Counted from the stretch's first letter, positions 29,041 to 39,331 are shown. The stretch: DNA of 64,000 nt from an uncultured Gammaproteobacteria bacterium (GCA_964511965.1 CAZEGF010000022.1:12101-76100); one strand, 5' to 3'. Made by a program: numbers and translations. Notes: generated by a model not told the origin, from the letters alone.

Positions 29041-29193
29041 TGCTATACTACATGTTCGGTTTTAGGCCCATAGTGTGATTTATCACGCGAACGTGTTAGG
29101 AGTTTAAATCACTCTTACTACGTATAGTCTACGTTTTGCATGTAGACTTTTTTGGTCCAAAAACCCAAGCACTTTGAAAATTTGGTTTCGTAT
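29041..29193 (+). promoter_or_regulatory. Islet A promoter, structured leader and boxA-like element
   Basis: Extended -10 TGCTATACT 29041-29049; terminator-like hairpin 29127-29154; GCACTTTGAAAA 29169-29180. Confidence 0.7.
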
Positions 29194-29202
29194 TTTTTAA
29201 TT

Positions 29203-29227
29203 TCATCCCGCACTTGATGCGGGATCT
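29203..29227. repeat. REP-like palindrome
   Basis: TCATCCCGCACTTGATGCGGGATCT. Confidence 0.7.
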
Positions 29228-29397
29228 AATAAGTACTTGATCGTGGACAAGCGGATTTCATCCGCAACTTAAAACTTAAAACTTAAAGCCTCAAAAAATT
29301 ATTTTTGTTTTGAAGTTTGTAGTTTTTTATTTGTAGTTGCTACCGCCTGCCCACGATCAAGATTTCCATATTTGTCTTGTCTGGGAGGAGGTTCGTA

Positions 29398-29586
29398 TTG
29401 ACGAACAAGATATTAGAAAGAGTCGCAAGGCTCATTGGCAAACGCGCCCACGAAGTTGGGCATGCTGCCGTTGAGTTCGGACATATTACGGTCCACGACA
29501 TCGAACGCGCGGCTGCACGCCGCAAGCCCAGGGAAAAAGCTGACAAAGCTCATCCCGCCATCGTCAACGACAAGTCCGTCAATTAG
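29398..29586 (+). CDS. Small hypothetical protein (62 aa)
   Basis: TTG start after SD GGAGGAGG. Confidence 0.6.
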   Translation: MTNKILERVARLIGKRAHEVGHAAVEFGHITVHDIERAAARRKPREKADKAHPAIVNDKSVN

Positions 29587-29618
29587 GCGGGCGCCAAGTC
29601 CTACCCAGGAGAGTATAC

Positions 29619-29861
29619 ATGTCTCACGCAAATAGGCGAGGAATCGCAGGATTCCCCCGCCGACCGAAGACCAAACCGGCAAGCTACGGTAACACGCGTA
29701 TGATGCCTATCGTCAGGACTCCTGGCGAATTGGCGGCGCTCATGACCGAGCTTCCGGAACACGAAGCCCTTAATCGGGCCTGTATTTCGATCGAGGCTGT
29801 TTACGGACTCGGTGAGCCCGTACTCTTTCGGCCTCTCGACAGCATGTACTACCACCGCTAA
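29619..29861 (+). CDS. Small protein carrying a copy of the PpsA IEAVYGLGE motif
   Basis: SD AGGAG; 9-aa identity to PpsA with only synonymous nucleotide differences. Confidence 0.7.
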   Translation: MSHANRRGIAGFPRRPKTKPASYGNTRMMPIVRTPGELAALMTELPEHEALNRACISIEAVYGLGEPVLFRPLDSMYYHR

Positions 29862-29882
29862 CAGCGGCGCGAAGAAAGAAAC

Positions 29883-30086
29883 ATGTCAGACCACCATCGA
29901 AGGACGAGGCGTCAGCACTACGCTGACGAATCAAACCGAGATTCGTGGGAATTTGCCAAAGCCTTTCGTCAAGCCCGTTATTTCATAAAGACGGGTCAAC
30001 TCGGGCGAGGTCAAGCTCTCATCCAACCATTCCGCGGCATACGCCGTGGTTCCATGGAACAAATCCAAAACGAGGAGAACACTTAG
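29883..30086 (+). CDS. Small basic hypothetical protein (67 aa)
   Basis: Stop codon abuts the ppsA start; purine-rich RBS. Confidence 0.55.
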   Translation: MSDHHRRTRRQHYADESNRDSWEFAKAFRQARYFIKTGQLGRGQALIQPFRGIRRGSMEQIQNEENT

Positions 30087-32405
30087 TTGGGCAAGACAGC
30101 AGTAATCGAAAGCGAACTTTCTCAGAAGACCATCTACTGGTTTTCGGAGGTAAGTCGCGATGACCTGGGAGTCGTCGGAGGGAAGGGCGCCAACCTTGGC
30201 GAACTGACCAAAGCCGGCATTCCGGTCCCACCAGGGTTCGTCGTTTCGGCGGACACATATTTTCGCTTCATCCAGATGAACAGCCTCGAGTCGCTCATCA
30301 AGAAGGAGCTTTTCGGCCTCGATGTCCACGACAGCAGGGTGCTCGATGAGCGCGCGGCCAACATTCGGCAGCGCTTCATGGATGCTCCCATGCCGCGGTC
30401 TATCGCATCGGAAATCATGGACGCGTACCGCGAACTGGGCGAAGGCCCTGTTGCGGTCCGGTCGTCGGCAACAGCCGAAGACCTGCCCGAAGCATCTTTT
30501 GCCGGTCAACAGTCGACGTACCTTAACGTCGTCGGCCCAGAGAACGTTGTTCTCGCCGTCCAGGCGTGCTGGGCATCCCTCTTTGAGGGACGCGCCATCT
30601 TCTACCGGGAAGAAGCAGGATACGACCACATGAAGGTCGGACTTGCCGTCCCGGTCCAACGGATGGTGCAAAGCGAGATCTCAGGCGTCATGTTCACGGT
30701 CGAACCCGTGACGAGCGACCCTAAGAAGATCACAATCGAGGCTGTTTACGGTCTCGGAGAAGGGATTGTTTCGGGTGAGATCAGCCCGGATCTGTACATG
30801 ATCGACAAGCAGTCTCTTCAAATCACTGATCAGACCGTCACTCCACAGCCCAAAATGATTGCAAGGGCGCCGGAGTCAGACGGAAGCCATGAGGGAGCTA
30901 ACTCGTGGCAAGACGTTCCCGAGCATCTGCAGGAAAAGCAAAAGCTCACGGACAATGAGATCCACGAACTTGCCGCTATCGGCAAGGCCGTGGAAGAATA
31001 CTACGGAAGTCATCAAGACATCGAATGGGCCTATGAGGGCGGTAAGTTCTACCTCACTCAAGCACGCCCGGTGACGACCATGACTGAAGAACAACACGCT
31101 GATGTAACGGAACACGAAGAGGAGATCGCACCGGTCATCCTCAAAGGTCAGCCGGCTAGCCCTGGAGTAGGGCACGGACCGGTCCGTATCATCACCGATC
31201 CGAAAGACATCGACCAGGTCATGCAAGGCGACGTTCTAGTTGCTGAGATGACTACTCCGGATTTCGTTCCGGCGATGAAACGAGCTTCGGCCATCATTAC
31301 CGAACGCGGTGGAAGGACCTGCCACGCGGCCATTGTGTCACGCGAGCTGGGGATTCCCTGCGTCGTCGGAGTCAAAGGTGCTACCCAAGAGCTAAAGCCA
31401 GACCAGCAGGTTTCGGTTGACGGCTCGCAAGGTCTCATCTACAACGGTGAGGCGAAAACACGCCTGGCATGGGATCAGAGGCGGAGAAAACAACTCCTCC
31501 GAAAGTCCACAATAAAGACCACTACCAGACTCTACGTCAACCTCGCCGAGCCTGAGCTAGCCGAAGTCGTTGCTATGCGCAACGTCGACGGCGTCGGTCT
31601 TTTGCGCGCCGAATTCATCGTCGCGCAAATCAACCAGCACCCGAAGAAATACGTCGAGGACGGACAGGGTGCTGAGTACACACGGCTTCTTGCGGAAGGT
31701 ATCCGTAAGTTCTGCGAAGCCTTCAAGGGTCGTCCAGTCGTTTACCGACTGACCGACTTCAAGACGAACGAGTACGCCAACCTTCGGGGAGGCGCCAAGT
31801 TCGAGGCTACCGAAGAAAACCCGATGATCGGATTCCGCGGGGCATCCCGTTATATCCAGGACACGGAAGTCTTCATGCTAGAAGTCGAGGCGATCAAGCA
31901 AGTCCGCGAGGAATTCAAGAACCTGTACGTCATGGTTCCCTTCGTCCGGACTGAAGCTGAGCTGAAAGGCGTCAAGAATCTCCTGGCCGAGCAAGGTTTG
32001 GTCAGGGGAGTGGACGACTTCAAGCTCTGGATGATGGTGGAAGTTCCCTCCAACGTTATCATCCTCGACCGCTTCATCGACGTTGGTATCGATGGGATCT
32101 CCATCGGCTCCAACGACTTGACCCAGCTGGTTCTGGGCATCGATCGCGACAGTGAGGCTCTCGCCGATACCTTCGACGAGCGCAACGAAGCTGTCATGGC
32201 CGCCATCGAAACTGCGGTCACAGTCGCACGGCGTCGTGGTATTACCGCGAGCATCTGCGGCCAGGCACCCTCCGTTTACCCGGAGGTTACCGAAAAGCTG
32301 GTGGAGTGGGGGATCACCTCCGTCTCCGTTAGTCCTGACATGATCGAGCAGACACGCGAGATCATCCACAACGCCGAGGTCAAGCTCGGCCGCGCTCCCC
32401 AGTAG
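30087..32405 (+). CDS. ppsA: Phosphoenolpyruvate synthase
   Basis: VGGKGANLGE, AVRSSATAED, phospho-His GGRTCHAAIVSRE, SIGSNDLTQ, ICGQAPS. Confidence 0.97.
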   Translation: MGKTAVIESELSQKTIYWFSEVSRDDLGVVGGKGANLGELTKAGIPVPPGFVVSADTYFRFIQMNSLESLIKKELFGLDVHDSRVLDERAANIRQRFMDAPMPRSIASEIMDAYRELGEGPVAVRSSATAEDLPEASFAGQQSTYLNVVGPENVVLAVQACWASLFEGRAIFYREEAGYDHMKVGLAVPVQRMVQSEISGVMFTVEPVTSDPKKITIEAVYGLGEGIVSGEISPDLYMIDKQSLQITDQTVTPQPKMIARAPESDGSHEGANSWQDVPEHLQEKQKLTDNEIHELAAIGKAVEEYYGSHQDIEWAYEGGKFYLTQARPVTTMTEEQHADVTEHEEEIAPVILKGQPASPGVGHGPVRIITDPKDIDQVMQGDVLVAEMTTPDFVPAMKRASAIITERGGRTCHAAIVSRELGIPCVVGVKGATQELKPDQQVSVDGSQGLIYNGEAKTRLAWDQRRRKQLLRKSTIKTTTRLYVNLAEPELAEVVAMRNVDGVGLLRAEFIVAQINQHPKKYVEDGQGAEYTRLLAEGIRKFCEAFKGRPVVYRLTDFKTNEYANLRGGAKFEATEENPMIGFRGASRYIQDTEVFMLEVEAIKQVREEFKNLYVMVPFVRTEAELKGVKNLLAEQGLVRGVDDFKLWMMVEVPSNVIILDRFIDVGIDGISIGSNDLTQLVLGIDRDSEALADTFDERNEAVMAAIETAVTVARRRGITASICGQAPSVYPEVTEKLVEWGITSVSVSPDMIEQTREIIHNAEVKLGRAPQ

Positions 32406-32524
32406 GAGCCATAACGTGAGCGTATACACGTTTATACGAAGCCAGATTAGACCGACCGCGAGGTCGGAAATTCCGCCGGACTTATGTCCGGCACCCCCTC
32501 CGCGTATAGCGGGCAACCCAACCT

Positions 32525-32557
32525 GGGTTCCCATCGCTTGCGCGGAGGGAACCCTTT
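32525..32557 (+). terminator. Terminal hairpin of islet A
   Basis: GGGTTCCC...GGGAACCC-TTT; short U tract. Confidence 0.55.
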
Positions 32558-32823
32558 AAAAAAATTCACCAATTCCTAATCACTAATTACTACTCCAAAG
32601 GAGCAAGCTTTGCTTATTCACTAGTCACTATTTTGCGGGTTGACTTCAGTTTTTTTTAAAGCCTACAATTAAATAAGAAGAAAGTAGCAAGAAGCAAGTA
32701 GAAAGGGAAAATATGTTCTCTTAATACTTTATTCTTTATTCTTTATTCTCCCAAAATGTATTAGCTTTTGGACCGACTGGGACTAAAGCCAAGGAATGCA
32801 ACATTTAAAATATATAACGAAGC

Positions 32824-34068
32824 ATGTATTACTTCAGCGAGCTTATTAATAAAAAAGTAGTCAATGAAAACGGTAAGTCATTGGGTAAGCTTAAAGACTT
32901 CCTTTTTCTTGCTGAAGAATCTCCAAAAATCACAAAATTATTTGTAAAAAAAAGCCCCAGACGAAGTTATGCAATTCTTATAAAAGAGATAAAAACAATT
33001 GACGATAGAATAGTTGTTAATAAAGATTTTGTTGAAAAAGATATTGCAGAGCGGGAGTTTTCAATTGCCCACAATTTACTAAATAGGCAAATAATTGATG
33101 TTAAGGGCGGAAAGGTAGTTAGGATAAATGATATTGCGATTCAAGATAAGCAGTCGGTACCAACCGGTACTGTAACAGACGGCAATCAAGAGTATTATAT
33201 TGCAGGAGTAGACGTTGGATTTCGAGCAATTCTGCGGTGGTTTAAGTTGGAAAAGCCAACAGTTCCCCTCTATAAATTTTTCAAAATATATTCTCATCCA
33301 CACTTTCTATCATGGGGAGATATTGAACCACTAGAGTTGGCTCGTGGTAACGTGCAATTGAAAAAAGATATCGGAGACCTTGAACGGATGCGCCCTGAAG
33401 ATCTGGCTGATTACCTTGAGAAGACGAATATTAGAAATGTTAATAAAATTATTACCGGTCTTGATGATGAATATGCGGCCGATGTTATCGAGGATCTTAA
33501 TATTAATTATCAGACGGCTCTATTTAAAAGATTTGCACCCGAGCAAGCAACCCGTCTTATTGACTTTCTTGAACCAGATGAAGCAGTTGATATTCTTTTG
33601 ACTCTTCCACGGGAGAAAAGGAACGAAATCCTAGATAGTCTACCAAAAGGTAAAGGAGAAGAGCTTCGGGAGCTTATGAAGTATTCCAAAACTTCTGTTG
33701 GAAAGCTGCTAAATCCAGAATTTATAACAGTTAGTTCTGAAGCAACCGGATCTCAAGCGTTAGGTGTCGTAAAAGAAAAACTACCCGAATCTCCATTTTC
33801 TTCCTATATATATGCACTCAATCAGGAAGGTCATCTGGTCGGAGTTGTTGAATTATCTGATTTGTTGTTGCATGAAGGGGATGAGCAGGTTTTTAAATTT
33901 ATGGAGCAAGATGTTGTTGTCGCACATTTAACTACACCTCAAGAAATAGCACTTAAAAGGATGCTCAAATATAAATTATATGCACTCCCTGTAATTGAAG
34001 ACAATCAAAAAATGATAGGAGTAGTGACCTTTGATGACATGATAGAGGATGTAGTGGATAAGCTATAG
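32824..34068 (+). CDS. PRC-barrel / MgtE-N / CBS domain protein
   Basis: PRC-like N-terminus, PEDLADYLE, PDEAVDIL, paired CBS domains. Confidence 0.88.
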   Translation: MYYFSELINKKVVNENGKSLGKLKDFLFLAEESPKITKLFVKKSPRRSYAILIKEIKTIDDRIVVNKDFVEKDIAEREFSIAHNLLNRQIIDVKGGKVVRINDIAIQDKQSVPTGTVTDGNQEYYIAGVDVGFRAILRWFKLEKPTVPLYKFFKIYSHPHFLSWGDIEPLELARGNVQLKKDIGDLERMRPEDLADYLEKTNIRNVNKIITGLDDEYAADVIEDLNINYQTALFKRFAPEQATRLIDFLEPDEAVDILLTLPREKRNEILDSLPKGKGEELRELMKYSKTSVGKLLNPEFITVSSEATGSQALGVVKEKLPESPFSSYIYALNQEGHLVGVVELSDLLLHEGDEQVFKFMEQDVVVAHLTTPQEIALKRMLKYKLYALPVIEDNQKMIGVVTFDDMIEDVVDKL

Positions 34069-34144
34069 GAGAATAAAGTGGTGAGAATAAAGTATGAAGG
34101 AAATACTTTATACTTACTTCTTGATTCTTAATTCTAAAAATAAT

Positions 34145-35389
34145 ATGAGGAAATTGTGGAGACAGTTACGAATTAAGCTTCTTATTATTATGGCGGTCAT
34201 GGGGCCAGGACTTATTACTGCTTTTGCAGATAACGATGCCGGTGGTGTAGCTACCTATTCGGTTGCTGCAAGTAAGTTCGGTTACTCAATGTTAACGACC
34301 CTTATACCAATTACTGTAGTTCTTATGATTACACAAGAAATTGGAAGTAGGCTTGCAGTTGTGACAGGAAAAGGACTTGGTGATCTAATACGGGAAAAAT
34401 TTGGAATCCGAGTTAGTGTTCTTATTTTTACAATTTTATTCTTTGTTAATTTCGGCGTTATCATCCAGGATCTTGGTGGACTGAAAGATAGTCTTTCGCT
34501 TTTTCACCTAAATTTATGGATTTTTATGCCCATTGTGATAGCTTTTCTATTCCTTCTTATTACAAAAGCATCATATGCAAAGGTCGAAAAGTTTTTCCTC
34601 TTTCTTATATTTTTCTACCTCTCGTATGTGATAAGCGCAGTATTGGCAAAACCTGACTGGGCGTTAGTTGGAAAATCATTAGTAATTCCTCATGGAAAAA
34701 TTTCATTTGGATATTTGTATACCGCTGTTGCTGTTCTTGGAACTACCGTTACTGCATGGGGACAATTTTTTATAAATAGTTATGTAAAAGACAAGAAATT
34801 AACCGTAGACCGTCTCAAATACAACCAAGCAGAAATTTATTTTGGAGCATTTCTGACTGACATCATAACACTTTTTATGATGGTTGCAGTTGCCGCAACA
34901 ATATTTATCCATAACATACAAATTTCAGGTGCGGCTGATGCTGCTTTGGCTATCAAGCCATTCGCAGGGGATCTAGCCGGTGTGATGTTTGGGGCAGGAC
35001 TTTTGATCGCTGGATTTATCGGGGCAGCAATTGTGCCGTTAGCAACGGCATATGCTTTTTCTGAATTTTTCGGGTATGAGGGAAGCCTTGATGTCAGTTT
35101 TAGTAAAAGCCGTCTTTTTTACGGATTTTTTATTGGGCAAATCCTTCTGGGACTTTTAGTTATCAGTTTTCCAAATTTCTCGCTTTTCAAAATTACTTTG
35201 TATGCTGATTTTATTAATGGTATTTTCCTGCCCGTTATCTTTTTCTTCTTATATAAATTTGTGAATGACAAAGAACTTATGGGTAAATATAAAAATACGA
35301 AATTCCAAAATATAATGCTTGTAGGATCGGGTCTTGCAATAACAATTGCCGCTCTCGTCGGTGGTATCGGATCGCTTTTAGGGAAATAG
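34145..35389 (+). CDS. NRAMP-family divalent cation transporter
   Basis: MGPGLITAFADNDAGG; multi-TM; paired with the MgtE-N/CBS gene. Confidence 0.9.
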   Translation: MRKLWRQLRIKLLIIMAVMGPGLITAFADNDAGGVATYSVAASKFGYSMLTTLIPITVVLMITQEIGSRLAVVTGKGLGDLIREKFGIRVSVLIFTILFFVNFGVIIQDLGGLKDSLSLFHLNLWIFMPIVIAFLFLLITKASYAKVEKFFLFLIFFYLSYVISAVLAKPDWALVGKSLVIPHGKISFGYLYTAVAVLGTTVTAWGQFFINSYVKDKKLTVDRLKYNQAEIYFGAFLTDIITLFMMVAVAATIFIHNIQISGAADAALAIKPFAGDLAGVMFGAGLLIAGFIGAAIVPLATAYAFSEFFGYEGSLDVSFSKSRLFYGFFIGQILLGLLVISFPNFSLFKITLYADFINGIFLPVIFFFLYKFVNDKELMGKYKNTKFQNIMLVGSGLAITIAALVGGIGSLLGK

Positions 35390-35458
35390 GGGTCCTGTCG
35401 CTTGACCCTTTAGACTAACTACTTGCTACTTTCTACTAAATTTTATATCCTAGATTTC

Positions 35459-36514
35459 ATGGCACGTTTAACTTATCAGGAATTAATTAACAAGCATTTA
35501 GAAATTCTTAAATCCCTCCAATACGACTCCGGTCTATTTGCTGCAGCCGGAAATGCGGTCGAAACCGGATATGACAAATCATGGCTAAGGGATAATTTTT
35601 ATGAAACAATTGCATTTGAAGTAGTAGGGGATTGGGATACCGTTGAAAAGACATATGAGGCTATCTTGCAAATTTTAATAAAGCACGAATCAAAGATTGA
35701 CTGGGCAATTGAAAATAAGCCAACAGAATCATTCCAATACATACATGCAAGATTTCATCCTGAGACATTTGACGAGTTCTGGGAATCTTGGGGTAACAAA
35801 CAAAACGACGCGATCGGATGCATCCTTTTTCGTATCGGAGAACTTGAAGCCCATCACAAAAGGACAATTTTGAAAGACGAGGCTCATGTTCGCATTGTCA
35901 ACAAATTAGTCCGATATCTTGAGGCGGTTGAGTATTGGAAAAATGGTGATAGTGGGATGTGGGAAGAGGGGGAAGAGCTTCATGCTTCATCAGTTGGTGC
36001 GTGTGTTGCCGGTCTTCGCTCAATAAATAGGCTTGAAAATGTTGAGGTACCTGATGATTTAATTCAAAAAGGACAAGACGCTTTAAATGAATTGCTACCT
36101 CGTGAGTCCGAAGGGAAATTCGTGGACCTGGCTCTTCTGTCACTCATCTGGCCTTACAGAGTGGTTTCTGATGAACAAAGAGACAAAATTTTAGAGAATG
36201 TCGAGTACCATTTACTTCGCGATAGGGGTGTTATCCGCTATAAGGGTGATGCATACTACAATAAAAATGAAGACGAAAGAAGTGAAGAAGCGGAGTGGAC
36301 TTTTGGTCTTTCTTGGCTCGCAATTATATATCAAGAAATGGGACAAAAGGAAAAAGCGATGGAGTGCATAAAAGATCTTATTGCTAGTGACACACCAGAA
36401 GGATTACCAGAATTATATTTTTCTAATTCACCAGAATATAATGCAAACACGCCGTTGGGGTGGTCAGAATCTCTTTTTATCGTCGCTCTCTACGAGATGC
36501 AGGATAGATTGTGA
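35459..36514 (+). CDS. Glycoside hydrolase family 15-like protein
   Basis: WLRDN, QNDAIG, DSGMWEE, LPELY, PLGWSES. Confidence 0.85.
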   Translation: MARLTYQELINKHLEILKSLQYDSGLFAAAGNAVETGYDKSWLRDNFYETIAFEVVGDWDTVEKTYEAILQILIKHESKIDWAIENKPTESFQYIHARFHPETFDEFWESWGNKQNDAIGCILFRIGELEAHHKRTILKDEAHVRIVNKLVRYLEAVEYWKNGDSGMWEEGEELHASSVGACVAGLRSINRLENVEVPDDLIQKGQDALNELLPRESEGKFVDLALLSLIWPYRVVSDEQRDKILENVEYHLLRDRGVIRYKGDAYYNKNEDERSEEAEWTFGLSWLAIIYQEMGQKEKAMECIKDLIASDTPEGLPELYFSNSPEYNANTPLGWSESLFIVALYEMQDRL

Positions 36515-36579
36515 TTTTTCTGCCCGGTACTTGACTGGAAGACCCAATTCCTGCATCATAGTAACAGAACTCATTTTCT

Positions 36580-38232
36580 ATGGATCCACAATTACTGTCC
36601 GAGCTTACTAAGGTTGTTGAAGGAGATGTCTCTTCTGATCAAACTACCCTTAACGAATATAGTCACGACGCTTCATTATTTGAAGTAATTCCACAAGCGG
36701 TAGTTTTCCCCAAAAACCAAAAAGATGTAGAAAATTTGGTTACATTTGTCGCAAAGAATAAGAAAAAATATCCAAAACTATCTCTTACTGGAAGAAGTGC
36801 AGGGACAGACATGGGGGGAGGGTCTATCAACGACTCAATTATTGTAGCTTTTTCAAAATATTTCAATGCAACACCAACAATTAAAGAAAGAATTGCAACA
36901 ACCCAACCTGGTGTATTTTACCGCGATTTTGAAAAAGAAACTTTAAAAGAAGGGCTATTGTTCCCTTCATATCCTGCATCACGAGGACTTTGCGCAATGG
37001 GTGGAATTGTTAACAATAATTCGGGAGGAGAAAAATCATTGCAGTATGGCAAAACTGAGCGGTATGTCAAAAGTGTAAAAGTAGTTCTTCGAGACGGGAA
37101 AACATATGAGTTCAAAAAAATAACAGAGGCGGCTTTAGAAAAGAAGATGGAACAAAAAGATCTAGAGGGGGAGATATATCGTGAGATGTTTCATTTGATC
37201 AAAAACAACTACGATGAAATAATGGCAGCAAAACCTCAAGTTAGCAAAAATTCAGCAGGGTATTATTTGTGGAATGTGTGGGATCGTGAAGAAAAGACTT
37301 TTGATTTAACGAAGTTATGGGTAGGAGCGCAAGGAACACTGGGACTTCTTCTCGAAGCAGATATAGAGTTGGTTCCAATACACACACACCGTGAGATGGT
37401 AGTGGTATTTCTTCATGAACTTTCTCATTTAGGAGAAATAATTAATGCAGCACTCCCACTAAAACCCGAAAGCTTTGAGTCATACGATGACAATACGCTT
37501 AAGCTTGCTCTTAAATATTTTCCTGAATTTGCAAAGCAGTTAGGGGCAAAAGGATTTATAGGTAGTGGGATTGCATTTTTCCCTGAATTTTTAATGGTTA
37601 TGCGAAGTGGACTTCCAAAATTAGTTCTTCAAATTGATTTTACCGGAAATGATCCGACGGAGCTTGCTCAAAAGGTAGCAACTCTTAAAGAAAAATTAAA
37701 ACCATTCCATCCACAAATTAAAATTGCCATCGAATCTCAAGAAGAGAAATACTGGTTGATAAGACGTGAAAGCTTCAATCTTCTTAGAAAAAAGATCAAG
37801 AATAAACATACAGCTCCATTTATTGATGATTTTGTTATAAAACCAGAATATATTGCAGAGGTGATGCCTCAAATCAATAAAATTATTCAACGTCATAAGA
37901 ATTTTATTTATACGGTTGCAGGACATGTAGGGGATGGAAATTTTCATATAATCCCACTTGTTGATATAACCAAAAAATCAATAAGAGATGCAATTCCTCA
38001 GATCTCCAAAGAGGTTTATGAACTTATCATAAAATACGGAGGATCAATAACCGGTGAGCATAACGATGGTCTTGTGAGAACTCCGTATTTACGGCAAATG
38101 TATGGAACAAAAATGTATGAACTTTTTGAAAAAACGAAAAATATTTTTGATCCGGAAAATATATTTAATCCCCGTAAAAAAGTGGGGGTGACAATGGATT
38201 ACTCAATGCAACATCTCCGCATGCACTGGTAG
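36580..38232 (+). CDS. FAD-linked oxidoreductase (GlcD/D-lactate dehydrogenase-like)
   Basis: GRSAGTD, GAQGTLG, GHVGDGNFH, GEHNDG, FDPENIFNP. Confidence 0.9.
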   Translation: MDPQLLSELTKVVEGDVSSDQTTLNEYSHDASLFEVIPQAVVFPKNQKDVENLVTFVAKNKKKYPKLSLTGRSAGTDMGGGSINDSIIVAFSKYFNATPTIKERIATTQPGVFYRDFEKETLKEGLLFPSYPASRGLCAMGGIVNNNSGGEKSLQYGKTERYVKSVKVVLRDGKTYEFKKITEAALEKKMEQKDLEGEIYREMFHLIKNNYDEIMAAKPQVSKNSAGYYLWNVWDREEKTFDLTKLWVGAQGTLGLLLEADIELVPIHTHREMVVVFLHELSHLGEIINAALPLKPESFESYDDNTLKLALKYFPEFAKQLGAKGFIGSGIAFFPEFLMVMRSGLPKLVLQIDFTGNDPTELAQKVATLKEKLKPFHPQIKIAIESQEEKYWLIRRESFNLLRKKIKNKHTAPFIDDFVIKPEYIAEVMPQINKIIQRHKNFIYTVAGHVGDGNFHIIPLVDITKKSIRDAIPQISKEVYELIIKYGGSITGEHNDGLVRTPYLRQMYGTKMYELFEKTKNIFDPENIFNPRKKVGVTMDYSMQHLRMHW

Positions 38233-38290
38233 ATTTTTAACCTCAAAAAACTTGCCGAACGACCCATAATATGAGATAATTCCCACTCAT

Positions 38291-39331
38291 ATGATGAATC
38301 CAAAAATTGCAAAAGAAGCTCGCGGTCTTTATTCAAGGGCTGAGCGGGAACTTGAGCATTTGGAAATTGCTCGTGCATCAAACACAGAGCTAGCAGTTGC
38401 TGAAGGAATAACCCACGTCGCAGAGTCGATAACACACTCAAAAAGAAACAGTGCTTTACTCTTTGGAGGTATCCTTGGGGTATTTGGTGCTCATCAAGTA
38501 ATAGGAAATGAAAACTTTACTCTGATATCCTCGATTCCGGTCAATGTAGTTGGCGGAATGGTTTTGGGTGAAACAACAAAGCTTGCAACAAGATTTCATC
38601 GCAACAGGGTACAAAAAGAAGGTATTAAAACTCTTGAAGCACCATTAAAGCCGCCAAGTGATGAAATCAAATTGGCTCAAGTGAGAGAGGCTGTCCGCGA
38701 CCTTCTAAGTATTGCACCAGAAGCACCTGTTAAATCAGGAGAAGTTGACCGCTGGGTTGAAAAAAGTCAGATGAACGCAATATACAATGGAGATCCTAGG
38801 GTTACTATAGCTAAAAAACTTCACAAGAGAGTTTCTGAATTTCATCCTGATCACCCAGAAAATGTTTCTGTCCCGGCATTTATGAGGGCTCATGTAGAAA
38901 TGCTAGAGAATAAGAGAACCCGTAGGTCTATTGCCGGTGAAGCAAGACGTCTCTTGTTGGATCAAGCGGCGGGACAAGCTGCGGTATTCGGTCTGTGGGC
39001 ATCAAGTCTCTATGCTTTTGGGAGCAGATACTCTGCGCTGACGGGTGGAGCAGATGATGTTGCGACTTTGGGTCTCATTTATCTTTTCACTCCGGCTAAG
39101 AAAATATTTACTAGTGAAACTGCTCATGACTTATATAATGCTTCGAAGGAAGCGTATAAAAAAGTTGCTTTTTGGAAGAGAGATGAGTTACCGCAAGAAC
39201 CAATTCGTTTGCTAGAAGCTCCAAAACAAGACCAATCAATTGATGCAATACTTCTTAATCCTAATGACGAAATCATAATTGATTCAACGCAAGATTTCGC
39301 AATTTCCGATCCTTCTGATTTTACCTCTTGA
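38291..39331 (+). CDS. Hypothetical protein
   Basis: 346-aa ORF with weak hydrophobic segments. Confidence 0.7.
   Translation: MMNPKIAKEARGLYSRAERELEHLEIARASNTELAVAEGITHVAESITHSKRNSALLFGGILGVFGAHQVIGNENFTLISSIPVNVVGGMVLGETTKLATRFHRNRVQKEGIKTLEAPLKPPSDEIKLAQVREAVRDLLSIAPEAPVKSGEVDRWVEKSQMNAIYNGDPRVTIAKKLHKRVSEFHPDHPENVSVPAFMRAHVEMLENKRTRRSIAGEARRLLLDQAAGQAAVFGLWASSLYAFGSRYSALTGGADDVATLGLIYLFTPAKKIFTSETAHDLYNASKEAYKKVAFWKRDELPQEPIRLLEAPKQDQSIDAILLNPNDEIIIDSTQDFAISDPSDFTS

Noticed and set aside
29931-32534. Long antisense and alternate-frame ORFs over ppsA
   Set aside because: Expected shadow ORFs of a GC-rich gene
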